From Utricularia gibba (lineage: Eukaryota > Plantae > Magnoliophyta), in assembly GCA_002189035.1 (NCBI GenBank), contig NEEC01000365.1, positions 1 to 21,023 on the forward strand: 21,023 bases of DNA. Direction: 5' to 3'. Below the pieces are notes generated by a model. That model did no database searches, had not been told where the DNA came from, and saw only the letters and a list, made by a program, of their open reading frames with translations. Of this stretch, positions 1 to 10,119 are shown piece by piece. The stretch's first letter is position 1. The number at the start of each line of letters is the position of its first letter. The position numbers were made by a program, and so were the translations under genes.

Positions 1-313
1 TACATGGTTTTTCAAGGAACAGCTTCTCGTTTTGTGGCGGCCAGTCTCGCTAGGAACTTGGTCCGGGCCCGCGATTCTTTATGGCTCATGAGGACAAAAG
101 GATGCAAATCGATGAATACAATGTTGCATTTGTTTAAATTGCGATATCACGTGCACCCCACATGATTTTTTCAACAACTTACTTTATACTTGAGCAGGCG
201 GTCTTTGGGTGCACCTGGAACGGGACAAAGGTAAGGTTTGGCTTGCACCGAGAGTTAGTTGTAGTCCGGCAAATAAAGTGATGTATTTATTATCGTTCGG
301 TTTCGGGGCTGCC
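1..313. repeat. Two degenerate ~156 bp subunits within each 313 bp monomer (about 1-158 and 159-313)
   Basis: Collinear motifs recur at half-monomer spacing. ACATG(G/A)TTTTT at 2, 160, 315, 472, 627 (gaps 158, 155, 157, 155). AC(T/C)TGG at 56, 213, 369, 524 (gaps 157, 156, 155). AAA(G/A)TGATG(T/C)ATTT(A/G)TT with TGATG at 279, 435, 590 (gaps 156, 155). GGCGG at 36, 197, 349. Confidence 0.75.
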
Positions 314-472
314 TACATGGTTTTTCAAGGAACCGCTTCTCGTTTTGTGGCGGCCAGTCTCGCTGGGAACTTGGTCCTTGACCCGATTCTGTATGGCTCA
401 TGAGGTCAACTGGATGCAAATCGATTAAAAAAAATGATGCATTTGTTTAAATTACGATGTCACGTGCACCCA
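161..472. repeat. Monomer type A (reference copy, cut at CATGATTTTT)
   Basis: The head TGAGCAGGCGGTCTTTGGGTGCACCTGGAACGGGACAAAGGTAAGGTTTGGCTTGCACCGAGAGTTAG recurs identically near 3319, 5829, 7077, 17300, 18558 and 19180. There are 32 A-type tails in the window. Confidence 0.9.
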
Positions 473-785
473 CATGATTTTTTTAACAACATACTTTATA
501 CATGAGGAGGCGGTCTTGGGGGCACTTGGAACCGGAAAAAGGTCAGCTTAGGCCTTGGCCCAAAGTAAGTTGTAGCCCGGCAAAGAAAGTGATGTATTTA
601 TTAACGTTCGGTTTTCGGTGTTGCCTACATGGTTTTTCAAGGAACAGCTTCTCGTTTTGTGGCGGCCAGTCTCGCTAGGAACTTGGTCCGGGCCCGCGAT
701 TCTTTATGGCTCATGAGGACAAAAGGATGCAAATCGATGAATACAATGTTGCATTTGTTTAAATTGCGATATCACGTGCACCCCA
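473..785. repeat. Monomer type B (reference copy)
   Basis: Head TGAGGAGGCGGTCTTGGGGGCACTTGGAACCGGAAAAAGGTCAGCTTAGGCCTTGGCCCAAAGTAAG. It carries B-only StuI (AGGCCT), AclI (AACGTT), ApaI (GGGCCC) and EcoRV (GATATC) sites. There are 36 B-type tails in the window. Confidence 0.9.
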
Positions 786-3700
786 CATGATTTTTTCAAC
801 AACTTACTTTATACTTGAGGAGGCGGTCTTGGGGGCACTTGGAACGGAAAAGGTAAGGTTTGGCTTGCCCAAAGTTAGTTGTAGTCCGGCAAATAAAGTG
901 ATGTATTTATTTATCGTTCGGTTTTCGGGGGCTGCCTACATGGTTTTTCAAGGAACCGCTTCTCGTTTTGTGGCGGCCAGTCTCGCTGGGAACTTGGTCC
1001 TTGACCCGATTCTGTATGGCTCATGAGGTCAACTGGATGCAAATCGATTAAAAAAAATGATGCATTTGTTTAAATTACGATGTCACGTGCACCCCACATG
1101 ATTTTTTTAAACAACATACTTTATACATGAGGAGGCGGTCTTGGGGGGCACTTGGAACCGGAAAAAGGTCAGCTTAGGCCTTGGCCCAAAGTAAGTTGTA
1201 GCCCGGCAAAGAAAGTGATGTATTTATTAACGTTCGGTTTTCGGTGTTGCCTACATGGTTTTTCAAGGAACAGCTTCTCGTTTTGTGGCGGCCAGTCTCG
1301 CTAGGAACTTGGTCCGGGCCCGCGATTCTTTATGGCTCATGAGGACAAAAGGATGCAAATCGATGAATACAATGTTGCATTTGTTTAAATTGCGATATCA
1401 CGTGCACCCCACATGATTTTTTCAAACAACTTACTTTATACTTGAGGAGGCGGTCTTTGGGTGCACCTGGAACGGAAAAAAGGTAGGTTTGGCTTGGCCC
1501 AAAGTTAGTTGTAGTCCGGCAAATAAAGTGATGTATTTATTATCGTTCGGTTTTCGGGGGCTGCCTACATGGTTTTTCAAGGAACCGCTTCTCGTTTTGT
1601 GGCGGCCAGTCTCGCTGGGAACTTGGTCCTTGACCCCGATTCTGTATGGCTCATGAGGTCAACTGGATGCAAATCGATTAAAAAAAATGATGCATTTGTT
1701 TAAATTACGATGTCACGTGCACCCCACATGATTTTTTTAACAACATACTTTATACATGAGGAGGCGGTCTTGGGGGGCACTTGGAACCGGAAAAAGGTCA
1801 GCTTAGGCCTTGGCCCAAAGTAAGTTGTAGCCCGGCAAAGAAAGTGATGTATTTATTAACGTTCGGTTTTCGGTGTTGCCTACATGGTTTTTCAAGGAAC
1901 AGCTTCTCGTTTTGTGGCGGCCAGTCTCGCTAGGAACTTGGTCCGGGCCCGCGATTCTTTATGGCTCATGAGGACAAAAGGATGCAAATCGATGAATACA
2001 ATGTTGCATTTGTTTAAATTGCGATATCACGTGCACCCCACATGATTTTTTCAACAACTTACTTTATACTTGAGAGGCGGTCTTTGGGTGCACCTGGAAC
2101 GGGAAAAAGGTAAGGTTTGGCTTGCAAGAGTTAGTTGTAGTCCGGCAAATAAAGTGATGTATTTATTATCGTTCGGTTTTCGGGGGCTGCCTACATGGTT
2201 TTTCAAGGAACCGCTTCTCGTTTTGTGGCGGCCAGTCTCGCTGGGAACTTGGTCCTTGACCCCGATTCTGTATGGCTCATGAGGTCAACTGGATGCAAAT
2301 CGATTAAAAAAAATGATGCATTTGTTTAAATTACGATGTCACGTGCACCCCACATGATTTTTTTAACAACATACTTTATACATGAGGAGGCGGTCTTGGG
2401 GGGCACTTGGAACCGGAAAAAGGTCAGCTTAGGCCTTGGCCCAAAGTAAGTTGTAGCCCGGCAAAGAAAGTGATGTATTTATTAACGTTCGGTTTTCGGT
2501 GTTGCCTACATGGTTTTTCAAGGAACAGCTTCTCGTTTTGTGGCGGCCAGTCTCGCTAGGAACTTGGTCCGGGCCCGCGATTCTTTATGGCTCATGAGGA
2601 CAAAAGGATGCAAATCGATGAATACAATGTTGCATTTGTTTAAATTGCGATATCACGTGCACCCACATGATTTTTTCAACAACTTACTTTATACTTGAGG
2701 AGGCGGTCTTTGGGGGCACTGGAACGGAAAAAAGGGTTTGGCTTGGCCCAAAGTTAGTTGTAGTCCGGCAAATAAAGTGATGTATTTATTATCGTTCGGT
2801 TTTCGGGGGCTGCCTACATGGTTTTTCAAGGAACCGCTTCTCGTTTTGTGGCGGCCAGTCTCGCTGGGAACTTGGTCCTTGACCCCGATTCTGTATGGCT
2901 CATGAGGTCAACTGGATGCAAATCGATTAAAAAAAATGATGCATTTGTTTAAATTACGATGTCACGTGCACCCCACATGATTTTTTTAACAACTACTTTA
3001 TACATGAGGAGGCGGTCTTGGGGGCACTTGGAACCGGAAAAAGGTCAGCTTAGGCCTTGGCCCAAAGTAAGTTGTAGCCCGGCAAAGAAAGTGATGTATT
3101 TATTAACGTTCGGTTTTCGGTGTTGCCTACATGGTTTTTCAAGGAACAGCTTCTCGTTTTGTGGCGGCCAGTCTCGCTAGGAACTTGGTCCGGGCCCGCG
3201 ATTCTTTATGGCTCATGAGGACAAAAGGATGCAAATCGATGAATACAATGTTGCATTTGTTTAAATTGCGATATCACGTGCACCCCACATGATTTTTTTC
3301 AACAACTTACTTTATACTTGAGCAGGCGGTCTTTGGGTGCACCTGGAACGGGACAAAGGTAAGGTTTGGCTTGCACCGAGAGTTAGTTGTAGTCCGGCAA
3401 ATAAAGTGATGTATTTATTATCGTTCGGTTTTCGGGGGCTGCCTACATGGTTTTTCAAGGAACCGCTTCTCGTTTTGTGGCGGCCAGTCTCGCTGGGAAC
3501 TTGGTCCTTGACCCCGATTCTGTATGGCTCATGAGGTCAACTGGATGCAAATCGATTAAAAAAAATGATGCATTTGTTTAAATTACGATGTCACGTGCAC
3601 CCCACATGATTTTTTTAACAACATACTTTATACATGAGGAGGCGGTCTTGGGGGGCACTTGGAACCGGAAAAAGGTCAGCTTAGGCCTTGGCCCAAAGTA

Positions 3701-6700
3701 AGTTGTAGCCCGGCAAAGAAAGTGATGTATTTATTAACGTTCGGTTTTCGGTGTTGCCTACATGGTTTTTCAAGGAACAGCTTCTCGTTTTGTGGCGGCC
3801 AGTCTCGCTAGGAACTTGGTCCGGGCCCGCGATTCTTTATGGCTCATGAGGACAAAAGGATGCAAATCGATGAATACAATGTTGCATTTGTTTAAATTGC
3901 GATATCACGTGCACCCCACATGATTTTTTCAACAACTTACTTTATACTTGAGAGGCGGTCTTTGGGTGCACCTGGAACGGGAAAAAGGTAAGGTTTGGCT
4001 TGCACCAGAGTTAGTTGTAGTCCGGCAAATAAAGTGATGTATTTATTATCGTTCGGTTTTCGGGGGCTGCCTACATGGTTTTTCAAGGAACCGCTTCTCG
4101 TTTTGTGGCGGCCAGTCTCGCTGGGAACTTGGTCCTTGACCCCGATTCTGTATGGCTCATGAGGTCAACTGGATGCAAATCGATTAAAAAAAATGATGCA
4201 TTTGTTTAAATTACGATGTCACGTGCACCCCACATGATTTTTTAACAACATACTTTATACATGAGGAGGCGGTCTTGGGGGGCACTTGGAACCGGAAAAA
4301 GGTCAGCTTAGGCCTTGGCCCAAAGTAAGTTGTAGCCCGGCAAAGAAAGTGATGTATTTATTAACGTTCGGTTTTCGGTGTTGCCTACATGGTTTTTCAA
4401 GGAACAGCTTCTCGTTTTGTGGCGGCCAGTCTCGCTAGGAACTTGGTCCGGGCCCGCGATTCTTTATGGCTCATGAGGACAAAAGGATGCAAATCGATGA
4501 ATACAATGTTGCATTTGTTTAAATTGCGATATCACGTGCACCCCACATGATTTTTTCAACAACTTACTTTATACTTGAGCAGGCGGTCTTTGGGTGCACC
4601 TGGAACGGGAAAAAGGTAAGGTTTGGCTTGCCCAAAGTTAGTTGTAGTCCGGCAAATAAAGTGATGTATTTATTATCGTTCGGTTTTCGGGGGCTGCCTA
4701 CATGGTTTTTCAAGGAACCGCTTCTCGTTTTGTGGCGGCCAGTCTCGCTGGGAACTTGGTCCTTGACCCCGATTCTGTATGGCTCATGAGGTCAACTGGA
4801 TGCAAATCGATTAAAAAAAATGATGCATTTGTTTAAATTACGATGTCACGTGCACCCCACATGATTTTTTCAACAACTACTTTATACATGAGGAGGCGGT
4901 CTTGGGGGCACTTGGAACCGGAAAAAGGTCAGCTTAGGCCTTGGCCCAAAGTAAGTTGTAGCCCGGCAAAGAAAGTGATGTATTTATTAACGTTCGGTTT
5001 TCGGTGTTGCCTACATGGTTTTTCAAGGAACAGCTTCTCGTTTTGTGGCGGCCAGTCTCGCTAGGAACTTGGTCCGGGCCCGCGATTCTTTATGGCTCAT
5101 GAGGACAAAAGGATGCAAATCGATGAATACAATGTTGCATTTGTTTAAATTGCGATATCACGTGCACCCCACATGATTTTTTCAACAACTTACTTTATAC
5201 TTGAGCAGGCGGTCTTTGGGTGCACCTGGAACGGACAAAGGTAAGGTTTGGCTTGCACGAGAGTTAGTTGTAGTCCGGCAAATAAAGTGATGTATTTATT
5301 ATCGTTCGGTTTTCGGGGGCTGCCTACATGGTTTTTCAAGGAACCGCTTCTCGTTTTGTGGCGGCCAGTCTCGCTGGGAACTTGGTCCTTGACCCCGATT
5401 CTGTATGGCTCATGAGGTCAACTGGATGCAAATCGATTAAAAAAAATGATGCATTTGTTTAAATTACGATGTCACGTGCACCCCACATGATTTTTTCAAC
5501 AACTTACTTTATACTTGAGAAGGCGGTCTTTGGGGCACTTGGAACCGGAAAAAGATCAGCTTAGGCCTTGGCCCAAAGTAAGTTGTAGCCCGGCAAAGAA
5601 AGTGATGTATTTATTAACGTTCGGTTTTCGGTGTTGCCTACATGGTTTTTCAAGGAACAGCTTCTCGTTTTGTGGCGGCCAGTCTCGCTAGGAACTTGGT
5701 CCGGGCCCGCGATTCTTTATGGCTCATGAGGACAAAAGGATGCAAATCGATGAATACAATGTTGCATTTGTTTAAATTGCGATATCACGTGCACCCCACA
5801 TGATTTTTTCAACAACTTACTTTATACTTGAGCAGGCGGTCTTTGGGTGCACCTGGAACGGGACAAAGGTAAGGTTTGGCTTGCACCGAGAGTTAGTTGT
5901 AGTCCGGCAAATAAAGTGATGTATTTATTATCGTTCGGTTTTCGGGGGCTGCCTACATGGTTTTTCAAGGAACCGCTTCTCGTTTTGTGGCGGCCAGTCT
6001 CGCTGGGAACTTGGTCCTTGACCCCGATTCTGTATGGCTCATGAGGTCAACTGGATGCAAATCGATTAAAAAAAATGATGCATTTGTTTAAATTACGATG
6101 TCACGTGCACCCCACATGATTTTTTTAACAACATACTTTATACATGAGGAGGCGGTCTTGGGGCACTTGGAACCGGAAAAAGGTCAGCTTAGGCCTTGGC
6201 CCAAAGTAAGTTGTAGCCCGGCAAAGAAAGTGATGTATTTATTAACGTTCGGTTTTCGGTGTTGCCTACATGGTTTTTCAAGGAACAGCTTCTCGTTTTG
6301 TGGCGGCCAGTCTCGCTAGGAACTTGGTCCGGGCCCGCGATTCTTTATGGCTCATGAGGACAAAAGGATGCAAATCGATGAATACAATGTTGCATTTGTT
6401 TAAATTGCGATATCACGTGCACCCACATGATTTTTTCAACAACTTACTTTATACTTGAGAGGCGGTCTTGGGTGCACTGGAACGGACAAAGGTAAGGTTT
6501 GGCTTGCACCGAGAGTTAGTTGTAGTCCGGCAAATAAAGTGATGTATTTATTATCGTTCGGTTTTCGGGGGCTGCCTACATGGTTTTTCAAGGAACCGCT
6601 TCTCGTTTGTGGCGGCCAGTCTCGCTGGGCTTGGTCCTTGACCCCGATTCTGTATGGCTCATGAGGTCAACTGGATGCAAATCGATTAAAAAAAATGATC

Positions 6701-9539
6701 ATTTGTTTAAATTATGATGTCACGTGCACCCCACATGATTTTTTCAACAACTACTTTATACATGAGAGGCGGTCTTTGGGGCACTTGGAACCGGAAAAAG
6801 ATCAGCTTAGGCCTTGGCCCAAAGTAAGTTGTAGCCCGGCAAAGAAAGTGATGTATTTATTAACGTTCGGTTTTCGGTGTTGCCTACATGGTTTTTCAAG
6901 GAACAGCTTCTCGTTTTGTGGCGGCCAGTCTCGCTAGGAACTTGGTCCGGGCCCGCGATTCTTTATGGCTCATGAGGACAAAAGGATGCAAATCGATGAA
7001 TACAATGTTGCATTTGTTTAAATTGCGATATCACGTGCACCCCACATGATTTTTTCAACAACTTACTTTATACTTGAGCAGGCGGTCTTTGGGTGCACCT
7101 GGAACGGGACAAAGGTAAGGTTTGGCTTGCACCGAGAGTTAGTTGTAGTCCGGCAAATAAAGTGATGTATTTATTATCGTTCGGTTTTCGGGGGCTGCCT
7201 ACATGGTTTTTCAAGGAACCGCTTCTCGTTTTGTGGCGGCCAGTCTCGCTGGGAACTTGGTCCTTGACCCCGATTCTGTATGGCTCATGAGGTCAACTGG
7301 ATGCAAATCGATTAAAAAAAATGATGCATTTGTTTAAATTACGATGTCACGTGCACCCCACATGATTTTTTTAACAACATACTTTATACATGAGGAGGCG
7401 GTCTTGGGGGCACTTGGAACCGGAAAAAGGTCAGCTTAGGCCTTGGCCCAAAGTAAGTTGTAGCCCGGCAAAGAAAGTGATGTATTTATTAACGTTCGGT
7501 TTTCGGTGTTGCCTACATGGTTTTTCAAGGAACAGCTTCTCGTTTTGTGGCGGCCAGTCTCGCTAGGAACTTGGTCCGGGCCCGCGATTCTTTATGGCTC
7601 ATGAGGACAAAAGGATGCAAATCGATGAATACAATGTTGCATTTGTTTAAATTGCGATATCACGTGCACCCCACATGATTTTTTCAACAACTTACTTTAT
7701 ACTTGAGAGGCGGTCTTTGGGTGCACCTGGAACGGAAAAAGTCAGGTTTGGCTTGCCCAAGTTAGTTGTAGTCCGGCAAATAAAGTGATGTATTTATTAT
7801 CGTTCGGTTTTCGGGGGCTGCCTACATGGTTTTTCAAGGAACCGCTTCTCGTTTTGTGGCGGCCAGTCTCGCTGGGAACTTGGTCCTTGACCCCGATTCT
7901 GTATGGCTCATGAGGTCAACTGGATGCAAATCGATTAAAAAAAATGATGCATTTGTTTAAATTACGATGTCACGTGCACCCCACATGATTTTTTTAACAA
8001 CTACTTTATACATGAGGAGGCGGTCTTGGGGGGCACTTGGAACCGGAAAAAGGTCAGCTTAGGCCTTGGCCCAAAGTAAGTTGTAGCCCGGCAAAGAAAG
8101 TGATGTATTTATTAACGTTCGGTTTTCGTGTTGCCTACATGGTTTTTCAAGGAACAGCTTCTCGTTTTGTGGCGGCCAGTCTCGCTAGGAACTTGGTCCG
8201 GGCCCGCGATTCTTTATGGCTCATGAGGACAAAAGGATGCAAATCGATGAATACAATGTTGCATTTGTTTAAATTGCGATATCACGTGCACCCCACATGA
8301 TTTTTTCAACAACTTACTTTATACTTGAGAGGCGGTCTTTGGGGCACCTGGAACGGAAAAAAGGTAGGTTTGGCTTGCCCAAAGTAAGTTGTAGTCCGGC
8401 AAATAAAGTGATGTATTTATTATCGTTCGGTTTTCGGGGGCTGCCTACATGGTTTTTCAAGGAACCGCTTCTCGTTTTGTGGCGGCCAGTCTCGCTGGGA
8501 ACTTGGTCCTTGACCCCGATTCTGTATGGCTCATGAGGTCAACTGGATGCAAATCGATTAAAAAAAATGATGCATTTGTTTAAATTACGATGTCACGTGC
8601 ACCCCACATGATTTTTTTAACAACATACTTTATACATGAGGAGGCGGTCTTGGGGGCACTTGGAACCGGAAAAAGGTCAGCTTAGGCCTTGGCCCAAAGT
8701 AAGTTGTAGCCCGGCAAAGAAAGTGATGTATTTATTAACGTTCGGTTTTCGGTGTTGCCTACATGGTTTTTCAAGGAACAGCTTCTCGTTTTGTGGCGGC
8801 CAGTCTCGCTAGGAACTTGGTCCGGGCCCGCGATTCTTTATGGCTCATGAGGACAAAAGGATGCAAATCGATGAATACAATGTTGCATTTGTTTAAATTG
8901 CGATATCACGTGCACCCCACATGATTTTTTCAACAACTTACTTTATACTTGAGCAGGCGGTCTTTGGGTGCACTGGAACGGGACAAAGGTAAGGTTTGGC
9001 TTGCAAGAGTTAGTTGTAGTCCGGCAAATAAAGTGATGTATTTATTATCGTTCGGTTTTCGGGGGCTGCCTACATGGTTTTTCAAGGAACCGCTTCTCGT
9101 TTTGTGGCGGCCAGTCTCGCTGGGAACTTGGTCCTTGACCCGATTCTGTATGGCTCATGAGGTCAACTGGATGCAAATCGATTAAAAAAATGATCATTTG
9201 TTTAAATTACGATGTCACGTGCACCCCACATGATTTTTTTAACAACATACTTTATACATGAGGAGGCGGTCTTGGGGGCACTTGGAACCGGAAAAAGGTC
9301 AGCTTAGGCCTTGGCCCAAAGTAAGTTGTAGCCGGCAAAGAAAGTGATGTATTTATTAACGTTCGGTTTTCGGTGTTGCCTACATGGTTTTTCAAGGAAC
9401 AGCTTCTCGTTTTGTGGCGGCCAGTCTCGCTAGGAACTTGGTCCGGGCCCCGATTCTTTATGGCTCATGAGGACAAAAGGATGCAAATCGATGAATACAA
9501 TGTTGCATTTGTTTAAATTGCGATATCACGTGCACCCCA

Positions 9540-10119
9540 CATGATTTTTTCAACAACTTACTTTATACTTGAGAGGCGGTCTTTGGGGGCACTTGGAACG
9601 GAAAAAGGTCAGCTTAGGGCTTGGCCAAGTAAGTTGTAGCCCGGCAAATAAAGTGATGTATTTATTATCGTTCGGTTTTCGGGTGCCTACATGGTTTTTC
9701 AAGGAACAGCTTCTCGTTTTGTGGCGGCCAGTCTCGCTGGAACTTGGTCCACCCGATTCTTTATGGCTCATGAGGACAAAGGATGCAAATCGATGAATAC
9801 AATGTTGCATTTGTTTAAATTGCGATATCACGTGCACCCCACATGATTTTTTCAACAACTTACTTTATACTTGAGTCTTGGGTGCACTGGAACGGACTAA
9901 GTTAGTTGTAGCCCGGCAAATAAAGTGATGTATTTATTATCGTTCGGTTTTCGGGGTGCCTACATGGTTTTTCAAGGAACCGCTTCTCGTTTTGTGGCGG
10001 CCAGTCTCGCTGGAACTTGGTCCTTGACCCGATTCTGTATGGCTCATGAGGTCAACTGGATGCAAATCGATTAAAAAAAATGATCCATTTGTTTAAATTA
10101 TGATGTCACGTGCACCCCA
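9540..10119. other. HOR phase break 1: A/B chimeric unit (9540-9841) followed by an internally deleted A unit (9842-10119, ~278 bp)
   Basis: The first unit mixes A alleles (GCAAATAAAG, TTATCG) with B alleles (GTCAGCTTAG, GGAACAGC, CTTTATGG, GATGAATAC). The next head reads TTGAGTCTTGGGTGCACTGGAACGGACTAAGTTAG and lacks about 35 bp. Confidence 0.8.

Larger units (their letters stand above)
161..785. repeat. Representative A+B dimeric higher-order repeat unit (~625-630 bp)
   Basis: Diagnostic alleles alternate in phase: A GGAACCGC / GCTGGGAAC / CCTTGACCC / CTGTATGG / GTCAACTGG / GATTAAAAAAAATGATG versus B GGAACAGC / GCTAGGAAC / CCGGGCCCGC / CTTTATGG / GACAAAAGG / GATGAATACAATGTTG. Alternation is strict from 1 to about 9540 and resumes between the later phase breaks. 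Confidence 0.93.

Noticed and set aside
102-129. ATGCAA...TTGCAT 6 bp inverted repeat in B tails, and phased A/T-tract curvature
   Set aside because: The stem is short, only partly kept in A and broken in A'. The A/T tracts are not visibly spaced at about 10.5 bp.
3-164. A still shorter ~78 bp periodicity suggested by CATG at 3, 87 and 161
   Set aside because: The spacing is uneven (84, 74), the pattern is not reproduced in the other half-monomer, and the motif is only 4 bp.
140-215. Minus-strand motifs AAAAATCATGT-GGGGTG, CGCAATTT and GCACCCAA, which resemble my recollection of grass CentO/CentC satellites
   Set aside because: This is memory-based, the matches are short and the spacing does not agree. 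It cannot be supported without a BLAST or profile search, so no family or taxon is assigned.
228-235. Tandem SL-RNA, snRNA, 5S rRNA or tRNA gene array (splice-donor-like AAGGTAAG, octamer, GCCTAC, GTTCG)
   Set aside because: There is no Sm site (RAU4-6GR), no spliced-leader sequence I recognise, no 5S or tRNA fold and no proper Pol III A/B boxes. The donor-like motif lies in the least conserved segment.
146-310. Budding-yeast point-centromere layout (RTCACGTG ... TGTATTT ... CCGAAA on the minus strand)
   Set aside because: The intervening ~130 bp is GC-balanced rather than a >90% AT CDEII, the CDEIII match is poor, and point centromeres are not tandemly arrayed.
548-553. Telomere-like TTAGGC in B heads
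   Set aside because: It is a single hexamer per dimer with no tandem run, which is expected by chance.
1546-1558. CENP-B box near-match TTCGGTTTTCGGG
   Set aside because: The CENP-B box needs TTCG-N4-A-N2-CGGG (7 nt spacer). The spacer here is 5 nt and lacks the A.
190-9540. CRISPR-like or cassette-like array (constant block plus variable ~65 bp insert)
   Set aside because: The constant part is about 250 bp, far longer than CRISPR repeats. The variable parts are homologous A/B mosaics rather than unique spacers, and no cas or recombinase gene is present in the window.
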